A stretch of DNA of 64,000 bases from a virus. Lineage: Duplodnaviria > Caudoviricetes. Positions 36,840 to 45,553 of the stretch are shown here, in pieces (the stretch's first letter is position 1; the number at the start of each line of letters is the position of its first letter). The position numbers and the translations under genes are program-made. The stretch covers positions 246,729 to 310,728 of IMG/VR virus record IMGVR_UViG_3300033555_000001; one strand, written 5' to 3'. A model generated the notes under the pieces. The model was given only the letters and a program-made list of their open reading frames with translations, searched no databases and had not been told where the DNA came from.

Positions 36840-37044
36840 CTATTAGAAGGATGGTGAGGTCGCACCTCACAAAGTCTCGGCTACTATAACTGCGCCGTCG
36901 GTTATTTTAAGGCGGCAAATAGAGACACCGGATCAAATCTTCGACCTAGTTGATCTACACAATCACACAAGTTAGTTCACTCTAAAGAACTGATTTGCTT
37001 AGCAGGTTTCGGTTCCCTGAGCTTGATAAAACCGTCAGATCAAC

Positions 37045-37121
37045 AGCGGGTTAGAGAAGAAGTCATCTCGCCGGCCTCATAAGCCGGAAATCACGTGGAG
37101 CATTTCCCGTACCCGCTACCA
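37045..37121 (+). tRNA. tRNA-Met(CAU)
   Basis: CCGGC-CTCATAA-GCCGG; degenerate T arm; CCA. Confidence 0.75.
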
Positions 37122-37208
37122 ATATGTTAACCTGCAATACTAGTAATAGTTTACGCGTTTTATTGTATAATTACTCATCTTACTGCAGCGCTAACTAGGA
37201 GAAATACC

Positions 37209-37394
37209 ATGGCCGAAGGACAAGCAACAAAGGAAGCAACGCCGCCGCGTCTCAAGCTTCCAAAGAACTACAAGTGTTCCAAAGAGCTCAAGACTATTTT
37301 TGCCCTTTGTAATTTGTCAGGCGGTGAGAAGCGCGCCATGATGGTGGCACACGCTGCTTCGCTGGTCAAGCAAGTAACACGCGTTAAGTCGTAA
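37209..37394 (+). CDS. small basic hypothetical protein
   Basis: AGGAG RBS. Confidence 0.65.
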   Translation: MAEGQATKEATPPRLKLPKNYKCSKELKTIFALCNLSGGEKRAMMVAHAASLVKQVTRVKS

Positions 37395-37406
37395 TACGGG
37401 GAAATT

Positions 37407-37715
37407 ATGAAGCACTTACTTTTAGCACTGTGTTTACTCCCAGGTATCTCTAGTGCTTCAACCTTTAGTAATGAGGCAGTACCAGTACATGTGTCATGTG
37501 TTAGCAATTTAAAATCCGCGCATTGCGTGCTTGAGAATAAATTAGCTAAGCAAATTACCTGTGAAATACTTGTCAGCGCTGTTACCACTCATGTGGTACT
37601 CCGTAAAAGGGTATTTCAGAACATTCAACCAGGATACTTTGCTACCGTTCAAGTTCTTGCCACACCTGGCACAGCGCTTAAACACTCTACTGGAACTGCA
37701 CTCTGTATTTTGTAA
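37407..37715 (+). CDS. exported Cys-containing protein
   Basis: Signal peptide. Confidence 0.6.
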   Translation: MKHLLLALCLLPGISSASTFSNEAVPVHVSCVSNLKSAHCVLENKLAKQITCEILVSAVTTHVVLRKRVFQNIQPGYFATVQVLATPGTALKHSTGTALCIL

Positions 37716-37733
37716 AAGTTAAAACCGAATAAA

Positions 37734-37810
37734 GCCGGGCTGGCGCAATTGGCAGACGCGTATGCCTTAGGAGCATAATGTTCTCGGTTCGAGTCCGAGG
37801 TCCGGCACCA
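37734..37810 (+). tRNA. tRNA-Leu(UAG) with a short variable arm
   Basis: TATGC-CTTAGGA-GCATA; Leu-type D arm; CCA. Confidence 0.88.
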
Positions 37811-37814
37811 ATAT

Positions 37815-37953
37815 GGATATCCCGGGATGGGGAATAATTAAGCAAGTAATTTAACCGGCGTTATTTCCGAGAGAATTACTTGGTGCGCACGTGACGACGT
37901 GTTAGCGACAAGTCTTAATTTTTCTAGCGGTTCAAGTCCGCTAATATCCGCCA
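37815..37953 (+). ncRNA. 139-nt tRNA-like RNA with a large internal domain
   Basis: GGATAT/ATATCC acceptor, canonical T arm, G73 and CCA; internal stems AATTAAG/CTTAATT and CAAGTAATT/AATTACTTG. Confidence 0.55.
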
Positions 37954-38073
37954 AATTCGCCGAATGTGGTAGGCGTTTTCAGCGGAGTAACGTTCGAAGC
38001 TGATAGCTAAGTCAAAAACAACTCTTCGGGATTATCAGACTAAATCTCAATAAATTCTAGTACCAGAATAAAT

Positions 38074-38149
38074 GCCGGTTTAGCTCAGTTGTTAGAGCGT
38101 CTGATTTGTAATCAGGATGTCGTGGGTTCGAATCCTGCAACCGGCACCA
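38074..38149 (+). tRNA. tRNA-Thr(UGU)
   Basis: Canonical cloverleaf, loop TTTGTAA, CCA. Confidence 0.93.
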
Positions 38150-38328
38150 AGTCTTAACTCAAGCAGTTCGAGCCCGCTAATATTTGCCATTCAATATTAA
38201 TATAATAACAACATAATAGCGCTAAATAGTAGCGTGCTGGTTCAAGTCCAGCACAAGAACATAGCGCAGCCCCCGGAACTGCGTCTGTATAAGTTAAATC
38301 CGGGCTAATTTAACTTACGAGGTTAAAA

Positions 38329-39255
38329 ATGAAAGTTCTACTCTTGGCGCTCCTGTTCAGTGCTTCGGTGGCAGCCGCACCAAAAAATACCACCGCAAAA
38401 ATTCCAGTACAAGACCGACCAGAGTTTCAGGAAACGCTGAACTTGCAAATCCTCCTGGATCGGGCTCATTTTTCAACGGGTGAAATTGACGGTGTTCCAA
38501 GCGTTAAAATTACGCGAGCACTCAAAGCATTTCAGGAACAAAATAATTTAGAAATTACCGGAGTGCCTGACGCTGGAACTACGCAAGCGCTAAACGCGAC
38601 GGCCGAGAATATGCTGATCGACTATACGTTAACTGCAGCTGATTTAGATGTCAAGTTAGTAAAGAGTATACCTCGCACCATGCTGGCAAAGAGTAAACTA
38701 CAACGCCTGCGCTATACTTCACTCTCTGAAGCACTGAGTGAACGTTTTCAGGTAAGCCCTAATGTTTTTAAATTTCTGAATCCAACTGCAACATTCTCTG
38801 TTGGCAGCACCGTTAAAATTCCGGCAGTGGGAGGACCTCTCGCGGCTCAAGTAAGCTCAATAGTGGTCAGTAAAGCAAACAGCTCACTCACTCTGCGAGA
38901 TGCGCAGAATAAAATTGTCGGGTATTACCCAGTAACACTTGGTGCTCAAGTATCTCCATCGCCGAGTGGAACTTTAAAAGTTAAGTCAATCACAAAGAAT
39001 CCGTATTACAATTACGATCCAGAGCGCTTTGAGAGTAAAGGCACAACAATTAAAGTAACGCTTCCACCAGGTCCAAACAACCCAGTAGGTTTAGTCTGGA
39101 TTGCGCTGTCAAAGCGGCACTATGGAATTCATGGAACGCCCGATCCGTCTAAGATTTCAAAGACGAATTCACACGGCTGTATTAGATTAGTAAACTGGGA
39201 TGCACTTGAAGTTGCAGATGCTGTTGCAGCGGGCGTGCCAGTTTTGATAGAATAA
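38329..39255 (+). CDS. L,D-transpeptidase (YkuD family) with a peptidoglycan-binding domain
   Basis: Signal peptide; IDG...T..AL..FQ PG-binding motif; GPNNPVG...YGIHGT...SHGCIRL. Confidence 0.92.
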   Translation: MKVLLLALLFSASVAAAPKNTTAKIPVQDRPEFQETLNLQILLDRAHFSTGEIDGVPSVKITRALKAFQEQNNLEITGVPDAGTTQALNATAENMLIDYTLTAADLDVKLVKSIPRTMLAKSKLQRLRYTSLSEALSERFQVSPNVFKFLNPTATFSVGSTVKIPAVGGPLAAQVSSIVVSKANSSLTLRDAQNKIVGYYPVTLGAQVSPSPSGTLKVKSITKNPYYNYDPERFESKGTTIKVTLPPGPNNPVGLVWIALSKRHYGIHGTPDPSKISKTNSHGCIRLVNWDALEVADAVAAGVPVLIE

Positions 39256-39259
39256 AAAC

Positions 39260-39333
39260 GCCCCGTTAGCCGAGTGATAAGGCCCTTACTTGTAGTAAGG
39301 AGATCGTCTGTTTGATTCAGACACGGGGCACCA
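39260..39333 (+). tRNA. tRNA-Thr(UGU), second copy
   Basis: CCTTA-CTTGTAG-TAAGG; GCCCCGT/ACGGGGC; CCA. Confidence 0.8.
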
Positions 39334-39337
39334 AGTT

Positions 39338-39455
39338 CTAGTGTTAGCATAGTGGAAGTGCAACCCTCTAGGGTAGGATTCCGTTCGATTCGGATGCGAG
39401 TATGGTAACCGTAAATCCGCAAGGGGAGGCGTCAGTTCGAATCTGGCACACTGGA
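39338..39455 (+). tRNA. tRNA-Pro-like gene with a 47-nt insertion at position 37/38
   Basis: C1-G72, A73; full D and T arms; C32 T33 AGG G37, then insert 39374-39420, then A38 AGGGG. Confidence 0.6.
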
Positions 39456-39463
39456 AATAATAT

Positions 39464-39558
39464 GGTAAACGGCGCTGGTGCGCGGCGAATTCTTATAAAA
39501 TTCGGAGATCGGGCAGATCGCCTGGAACGGCTGGGTTCGAATCCCAGGTTTACTACCA
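39464..39558 (+). tRNA. tRNA with a UAU (Ile) anticodon and long variable arm
   Basis: GAATT-CTTATAA-AATTC; CCA. Confidence 0.75.
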
Positions 39559-39566
39559 AAACATAT

Positions 39567-39651
39567 GCGCCGTTGGTGGAACGGTAGACACACCGGGTTT
39601 AAGCCCCGACGAGCATGTCTCATGAGAGTTCGAATCTCTCACGGCGCACCA
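39567..39651 (+). tRNA. tRNA-Leu(UAA)
   Basis: Loop TTTAAGC, long variable arm, CCA. Confidence 0.9.
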
Positions 39652-39712
39652 TCTTCAGGATCACTAAAAATTACGCAGTGTTATAATGATTTCCTAACCT
39701 GGGAGGTTTATC

Positions 39713-40390
39713 ATGGCTGAAACTGTTTTTACTGATATGAGCGCAACGCAAAATCGCGTACTGCGAAATACATACTGGTTGTTAGCGCTCTCGTTACTGC
39801 CAACAATTGCTGGTGCTTGGGCAGGTGTTGCATTTGGTTTTAGCGCACTGTTAATCGGCAGCCCAATTCTATCTTTTGTATTATTTCTGGCGGTCGCGTT
39901 TGGATTCATCTTTGCGATTAACGCAACAAAAGATTCGGCGCTTGGAGTACCAATCCTGTTAGCCTTTACATTCTTCATGGGGCTGATCATGTCACCGCTG
40001 ATTGGCACTGTGCTAGGCATGAAAAACGGCGTTAGCTTGGTATCGCTTGCCGCTGGCGGAACAGCTCTTATCTTTGCAGTAATGGCGATTGTGTCTTCAA
40101 CGCTGAAACGTGATATTTCGGGCTGGGGAAAATATCTAACCATTGGTGTAGTCTGTTTGATTGTAGCAATGTTAGCAAATATGTGGTTCAAGCTGCCGCT
40201 CTTTGCACTGATAATTTCGGTTATTGCGGTGGTAATTTTTTCAGCCTTTTTGCTGTACGATTTGAAGCGAATCGTTGATGGAGGCGAAACAAACTACGTC
40301 ATGGCTACGCTTGCAATTTATCTTGATTTAGTTAATATCTTTCAGAATCTGCTCGCTGTTCTTGGGCTGACCGCCGGAAACGACGATTAG
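39713..40390 (+). CDS. yccA: Bax inhibitor-1/YccA family membrane protein
   Basis: NRVLRNTY.LL..SL, about 7 TM segments, LLYD...I..GGETNYV.ATL.IYLD..NIF..LL. Confidence 0.92.
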   Translation: MAETVFTDMSATQNRVLRNTYWLLALSLLPTIAGAWAGVAFGFSALLIGSPILSFVLFLAVAFGFIFAINATKDSALGVPILLAFTFFMGLIMSPLIGTVLGMKNGVSLVSLAAGGTALIFAVMAIVSSTLKRDISGWGKYLTIGVVCLIVAMLANMWFKLPLFALIISVIAVVIFSAFLLYDLKRIVDGGETNYVMATLAIYLDLVNIFQNLLAVLGLTAGNDD

Positions 40391-40396
40391 AAATTT

Positions 40397-40484
40397 GGAG
40401 ACGTGGTAGAGTGGCCTAATGCACTCGGTTGCTAACCGAGAGGGTGTAACAGCCCCGTGAGTTCGAATCTCACCGTCTCCGCCA
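40397..40484 (+). tRNA. tRNA-Ser(GCU)
   Basis: CTCGG-TTGCTAA-CCGAG, long variable arm, G73 and CCA. Confidence 0.93.
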
Positions 40485-40516
40485 GAATTAAAATTCTATA
40501 ATATTAGAAAACTAAA

Positions 40517-40864
40517 ATGAAAAATATCTTTTTAGGACTTGGCTTATATCTTTTGTCTATAAGCATAAATGCACAAACGCTTTATACTGTAGATAATGCT
40601 TACTCTGATCTGCACAGTACCCCCGTTAAATACCAAGGAGCTGTCGGTTATATTATGGGCGTAATACATACTGAATTTTTATCGGATCCACTGGTGTGTA
40701 CCCCGCATAAATACACACTTGATGAATATAGAGATGCAAGTTATAAAACTGCATCACTGATGGTTGCGGTTTTAAAAACGCCAGCACCAATGATTCAGAG
40801 AAAAGAACCAGTCATAATTTTTATTTCTAACAACATGCAAAAATTGTTTCCTTGCACAAAATAG
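40517..40864 (+). CDS. exported protein with weak Rap1a/Tai-like resemblance
   Basis: Signal peptide; GYIMGV...C.P...FPC. Confidence 0.45.
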   Translation: MKNIFLGLGLYLLSISINAQTLYTVDNAYSDLHSTPVKYQGAVGYIMGVIHTEFLSDPLVCTPHKYTLDEYRDASYKTASLMVAVLKTPAPMIQRKEPVIIFISNNMQKLFPCTK

Positions 40865-40950
40865 AAAGTTTTCCCTGATGGTGATGGGGTCCGTTTCGAA
40901 AGCGGTTCTATCGGCTAATACCGATAAGGGTTCGATTCCCTAACTTTCTG
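40863..40950 (+). tRNA. tRNA-Ser(CGA), no encoded CCA
   Basis: Loop TTCGAAA, long variable arm, G73. Confidence 0.75.
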
Positions 40951-41096
40951 GGCTGAATTTATAAACCCTGATTTAACCAAATTGTTGATACAGAATGGAG
41001 TACTATTAAGTATGTTTCTTATCACACTTTTAGTGTTTTATGCAGGTGTAGTTACCGGATTGTTTATCTCCAGTTGGAGAAAGTAGTACAGAATAT

Positions 41097-41188
41097 GGAA
41101 ACTAAACCTTGATGGTGATAGGTCCCGCTTGGAAAGCGGGTAGAGCGGTTAATAGCCGCTTTCGGTTCGATTCCGATGGTTTCCGCCA
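41097..41188 (+). tRNA. tRNA-Ser(GGA)
   Basis: CCCGC-TTGGAAA-GCGGG, long variable arm, G73 and CCA. Confidence 0.9.
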
Positions 41189-41512
41189 AGTTGAGTGGTT
41201 CTCTGGTTAGCGCCGGAGACGTGGTAGACTGCGCAGTCATGTCTGATCCGTTGCAACGGTGAGGATTTCTAAGTTGATGGTAGGTCTGTTCGACTCAGAC
41301 CCAACATTAGGCCGCACTCATTCAAATAAGGGTAGTATGAAAAGAGTAAAATCTGAAAGTGAATTACGACCTGGAGAGTTTGATCTAGAGAGGATGAAGG
41401 CTACTCTAGCAGGTCCTACATTTGAACTGCCATCAGGACTCACATTCGAAGAATTTCAGGCTGTGATGGCCGCAGTGGCAAAAGAGCACTACCCGCTAAA
41501 ATAACATTTGCA

Positions 41513-41704
41513 ATGGTAAACACTATGAATGACAGGGTTAAATCAGCCGTTGACGCAGTCTTCAAAGAAGTTGAAGCCATGACTGAAGAAGAATTTCGTG
41601 CAGAACTGGCTAAACACAACCCACTCACTGAAGTCACTCTTGAAGATTTTAACGAGTGCAATGAGTTCTTTAAACAAGGCCAGATTGCAGTAAGTAAGTT
41701 GTAA
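41513..41704 (+). CDS. hypothetical protein
   Basis: 63 aa. Confidence 0.55.
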   Translation: MVNTMNDRVKSAVDAVFKEVEAMTEEEFRAELAKHNPLTEVTLEDFNECNEFFKQGQIAVSKL

Positions 41705-41761
41705 AATTTGCAATAGTTTATAAATACTCCTGAACACTTTGTTCTAATTCAGGAGACTATT

Positions 41762-42106
41762 ATGAATACGCCAGTAAAGCCAGAAGAAGTAATTGATGCT
41801 GATCTTAAAGATACGTTCTCAAACGAGAGCAATTCAGCAGATCCAGTTGAACCTCAAGATGCAGAAAAGCTGAACAATATTAGGAACACGCAACCAGCGG
41901 CAGAAGATACAATTGGACGTGACACAGTTGGCCAAGGTCAACCAACAGCGCAAAAGGTAAATCAGGAAGAATCCTTGCCACCAAGCGCAGTTCCAGTTGA
42001 AAAGAATTTTGCCAAGACTGGAGAGTTCTTTGACCCAATGAAAAGTGAGCGCGCAATAGTAGGAAAAGACAGCGCCAACAATGGTGCCGAAAAGACACCC
42101 GAATAG
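41762..42106 (+). CDS. acidic, low-complexity late protein
   Basis: TATAAATA at 41719-41726; AGGAG RBS. Confidence 0.75.
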   Translation: MNTPVKPEEVIDADLKDTFSNESNSADPVEPQDAEKLNNIRNTQPAAEDTIGRDTVGQGQPTAQKVNQEESLPPSAVPVEKNFAKTGEFFDPMKSERAIVGKDSANNGAEKTPE

Positions 42107-42123
42107 TGTTCTAAATGTTTTAC

Positions 42124-42213
42124 GGAAGCTGGAGTGCATGGTGCACAAGCTGCCTTGAAAACAGTTCCACTGGCATATACCCGGTGATGATTCGATTTCA
42201 TCAGTTTCCGCCA
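42124..42213 (+). tRNA. tRNA-Ser(UGA)
   Basis: Loop CTTGAAA, long variable arm, G73 and CCA. Confidence 0.85.
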
Positions 42214-42236
42214 ATATTTTATAACCAGAAGAAATC

Positions 42237-42638
42237 ATGAACCACGATCTCTCAATCAGCACGCACAAGCAAGTCATTGTTATGCGTAAAGACCTCAACA
42301 TGAGGAAAGGCAAAATGTGCGCGCAAGCGGCCCACGCCTCAATGGCCGCTATTCTTGACCTGGGATCTTATTCTGGATCCCAATTCGTGCTTGATCTAGA
42401 CGGCCGCACAGCCCCTTGGCTAGCCGGCAATTTCAAAAAAGTGTGTGTTTCAGTCGACTCCGAAGAGGAGCTCATTGCGCTGTACAACCTAGCACGCTCT
42501 CAAAATATCATTTGCGCTCTGATCAAAGACGCTGGTCTGACCGAGTTTGGCGGCGTTCCCACCTTTACCTGCATTGCAGTTGGCCCAGACACAGAGGATC
42601 GTGTTAACGCTATTACTGGCAATCTCAAACTACTGTAA
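42237..42638 (+). CDS. pth2: peptidyl-tRNA hydrolase, Pth2 type
   Basis: KQVIV.R.DL.M.KGK..AQ.AHA...KKV...DAG.TEF...T.TC.A.GP. Confidence 0.93.
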   Translation: MNHDLSISTHKQVIVMRKDLNMRKGKMCAQAAHASMAAILDLGSYSGSQFVLDLDGRTAPWLAGNFKKVCVSVDSEEELIALYNLARSQNIICALIKDAGLTEFGGVPTFTCIAVGPDTEDRVNAITGNLKLL

Positions 42639-42693
42639 CCACATTTTAGTTGTACTATAATTCTGCGTTGGTTTATAATCTCTTGAATACGCC

Positions 42694-43083
42694 TTGGAGA
42701 GTAAAATGACACCGCAAGAATTTGAAACAGCAGTACAGACTGACCCAAAAGCTGCAGTGCTCTCGCTGATTAACACAGCTCGTGAAGCTAAAGATGGTGA
42801 AGATTTTGACGAAGCTGAATTTATTGGCAACGCCATTCAAGATGACCTTGAGATCGGTGAAATTGCGGGTGTGACTTTTGAAGAGGTTAACCGTGAGGGT
42901 ACTTGCGAGGGCGGTGGTGAGTACTCTGAATTAGTATATGCGCTCTCCAGAGATGGCCAAGAGCCATTTGCTCACATCAGAATTACCGGATTTTACTCGT
43001 CCTTTAATGGCACTGAGTGGGACGACAGCGTTGAGCTTGTGAAGCCAGTAGAAGTTATGGTTACTCAATACGAGCCGCTTTAA
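42694..43083 (+). CDS. acidic phage protein (paralog of the next gene)
   Basis: EGGGE...G.YSS.NGTEWD motif. Confidence 0.75.
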   Translation: MESKMTPQEFETAVQTDPKAAVLSLINTAREAKDGEDFDEAEFIGNAIQDDLEIGEIAGVTFEEVNREGTCEGGGEYSELVYALSRDGQEPFAHIRITGFYSSFNGTEWDDSVELVKPVEVMVTQYEPL

Positions 43084-43089
43084 AACATC

Positions 43090-43491
43090 ATGGCTAAAAA
43101 ATTCATAACTCAGCTTAACGAAGATCCAACAGCTGCGGTCATTAATGCAGTCAATAATTATTTAAAAAGTATTCCAGGCAATCAAAAACCTCTAAGTGGT
43201 GTGCACTACTATCTAGTCGAGCTCCTCGAAGCCGATTATGATATGGGCGATATTAATTTTAAGCTTGTGCAGTCTGTGGGCGGTGACGAAGATGAAGGTC
43301 CTTACGTTTCACGAGTTTTTGAAATCACTGAACGGCAGTACGAGGTTGATGGAAGTTACAATCGGCAGATCGCGCACATTCTGTTGACTGGCCACTTCAA
43401 TTCGTGGGAAGGCACTGAGTGGGATGACAAAGTAGTGATAGTCTATCCAAAACAAGTAATGGTAGTTGAGTATACAACTTCGGCAACCTAA
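43090..43491 (+). CDS. acidic phage protein (paralog of the previous gene)
   Basis: GGDEDEG...G.FNS.EGTEWD motif. Confidence 0.75.
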   Translation: MAKKFITQLNEDPTAAVINAVNNYLKSIPGNQKPLSGVHYYLVELLEADYDMGDINFKLVQSVGGDEDEGPYVSRVFEITERQYEVDGSYNRQIAHILLTGHFNSWEGTEWDDKVVIVYPKQVMVVEYTTSAT

Positions 43492-43511
43492 GCAATCACC
43501 GAAAGAACGCT

Positions 43512-43997
43512 GTGACTAATAAACAAGTAATGCAGCAAGCGCTTGATTTGCTTCTAAGCTACAAACCACATTCATTGTTTCAGGCAAAAGAGTACGGAAT
43601 GGTGATTGCTTCCCTGCGCGAAGCAATCGCGCAACCAGCCCGCCCAGTGCAAGCGGAGCCGGTGGCATGGGAGTGGCGTAAGCGAATGAGCGGAGGAATG
43701 TACAACGGCTCACCTTACATGGTATGGTCGGAATGGGAGCCCTTAGTGCCACCCTATATGGATGCTCGAGGATTTTCAAAAACAGACCCTGAGAACTATG
43801 AAATCCGCCCATTGTTTTTAAGTGCGAACTCCCCCGCCTCGCAACCAGCAAAATTACCCCCGATGCCTGAGCAAGCAGTTATTGATACTCATTTGCCAAC
43901 CGGGGTAAAACTTTACGGCTACACCGCCGATCAAATGTACGCCTACGCTCTTGAAGCCATTGAGCAGCAAGTTCAGACATCCGAAAGTAACTCATGA
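43512..43997 (+). CDS. mosaic small phage protein (QAEPVAW, Ead/Ea22-like segments)
   Basis: M.QAL.L, EPVAW and GYTADQM.AYA segments typical of mosaic early phage genes. Confidence 0.55.
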   Translation: MTNKQVMQQALDLLLSYKPHSLFQAKEYGMVIASLREAIAQPARPVQAEPVAWEWRKRMSGGMYNGSPYMVWSEWEPLVPPYMDARGFSKTDPENYEIRPLFLSANSPASQPAKLPPMPEQAVIDTHLPTGVKLYGYTADQMYAYALEAIEQQVQTSESNS

Positions 43998-44293
43998 CTG
44001 ACCAAGAGATTCATGAAGAGGCACTGGCAGTATGGCAAACTAAAAACACCTGGGGATTAAGCCGAGACGATTTCATTCGTCTGTCGTACTTCCACGGATG
44101 TATCGAACAGGGTAGCGATGGCAGCGGCCCTATCAATGGATCAAACGACAAGCCAGACGATGTTATTTATGTCTCACCTAGTGGATGTGTTTTGACGCGC
44201 TCCATGGTGGGTCATTGGTTTGTTAACAGCAATGCCTTTATACATGGCTACTCTGTTGGCCGTACGGCACATATAACGGAAATCAACACATGA
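43994..44293 (+). CDS. hypothetical protein
   Basis: ATGA overlap. Confidence 0.6.
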   Translation: MTDQEIHEEALAVWQTKNTWGLSRDDFIRLSYFHGCIEQGSDGSGPINGSNDKPDDVIYVSPSGCVLTRSMVGHWFVNSNAFIHGYSVGRTAHITEINT

Positions 44294-44767
44294 CTGACAA
44301 AGAGGTAATGCTACTGACGAGACCGGTTACACGAATTTTAGTTGGCCGCATTGCGCAAATAACACCCCGTGAAAAACTGGCTAATTATTGGCAGCACTCT
44401 ATAACCAGTTCCCTGCCAGGGTAGAGTTACCAAACACACTGCTGTAATGCATTAACTTACTAATTAAAAACACATCATGACTATTCGACGATTTAAAGTA
44501 ATCGACAGCTCAAACATTAACATGGGCGTCAGTTTCCAAGGTCAAGTACTGGACTATGTTAGGGACAGCTCTATACCCCACCACGTGGTGCTTAAGCAGC
44601 CTGACTTTGACGCTCATGGCCGCCCGCGAGCAGGACTAGTGACGTTTGACTTGCGCAACGTCAAGGAGCAGCCGTGATCTTTACTGTTCAGGTCCGTACA
44701 CCTTGCTTGAACGGTGTAATTTGTTATTGACTCGCCAGCACTACCACCAGCACAAAAATAGCGCATC

Positions 44768-45553
44768 GTGAAAAACTGGCTAATTATTGGCAGCACTGCA
44801 GCATATCACTGGTTCCCTGATCACAGAGAGCCCAGTGATATTGATGTTCTGACGCCAGCAAAAATATCCGGTAATCACAGCACTCTTTGTGTAGTTGACG
44901 CGCAGTGGCACACCGCCGCCCAATACCTCATTGATCTAAACAGCAATCCGGTATTCATGGATCCCGATTTGCTCTTTACTCTTAAAGTTTCGCACGCGCA
45001 TTGGGACGTTAAATTCAACAAGACGCTCTATGACATTTCTTTTCTAAAGAACCACGGCGCTAAACTGCACACGGAGGCTTATCAAAAGCTGCTGCCAGTT
45101 TGGGATGCGGTGCATGGTAAAAAATTCGTTAACTTGAATCAGCCAGTTGAGCGGTTCTTCAGCGATGCGGTAACACGAGAGTACAATCACGAACGGTTAC
45201 ACGAGCTTGTCGCATTCTATGATCGTCCTCTACACGAGCAAATTAGACCTGATCGCGGTAGCGCTTGGTGTTCTAAAGAATTATTTGCCGGCCTTAGCCC
45301 TGAAGATCAGGCTAAAACTGCGCTCGAAGAAATAATGGCGGTGGCCATTGAGCGGGGTCGCCTGAGCACAAGCAGCAAGCGCAGTGAGGTGCTCAGAGCC
45401 GTACACCAATCTCATCACAGGCTCATCACCTCAATGACTGCTGGGTGGTTTGCGCTGTACCTGATCTTAAACGCTAGAGAATTGCTGTCTGATCTAAGAC
45501 TTACTTGGGAACCTGTATTATTACGCGCACTGGAGAGATTAAAAAATGAATAA
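44768..45553 (+). CDS. conserved phage protein with a nucleotidyltransferase-like N-terminus
   Basis: IIGS.A...F...R.P.D.D; LFTLKVSH..W; FF.DAV.R.Y.HE.LHE. Confidence 0.7.
   Translation: MKNWLIIGSTAAYHWFPDHREPSDIDVLTPAKISGNHSTLCVVDAQWHTAAQYLIDLNSNPVFMDPDLLFTLKVSHAHWDVKFNKTLYDISFLKNHGAKLHTEAYQKLLPVWDAVHGKKFVNLNQPVERFFSDAVTREYNHERLHELVAFYDRPLHEQIRPDRGSAWCSKELFAGLSPEDQAKTALEEIMAVAIERGRLSTSSKRSEVLRAVHQSHHRLITSMTAGWFALYLILNARELLSDLRLTWEPVLLRALERLKNE

Noticed and set aside
38150-38260. Additional tRNAs after tRNA-Thr (T-arm-like GGTTCAAGTCC and AGTTCGAGCCC)
   Set aside because: Only isolated T arms; no acceptor, D or anticodon arms.
39363-39375. Possible second CUA suppressor (ACCC-TCTA-GGGT)
   Set aside because: The loop is 4 nt and no 5-bp stem with a 7-nt loop can be drawn. 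The Pro-with-insert reading fits the whole cloverleaf better.
41190-41258. Small palindromic hairpins after tRNA-Ser(GGA)
   Set aside because: Short stems without a recognisable motif; could be a decayed tRNA or chance.
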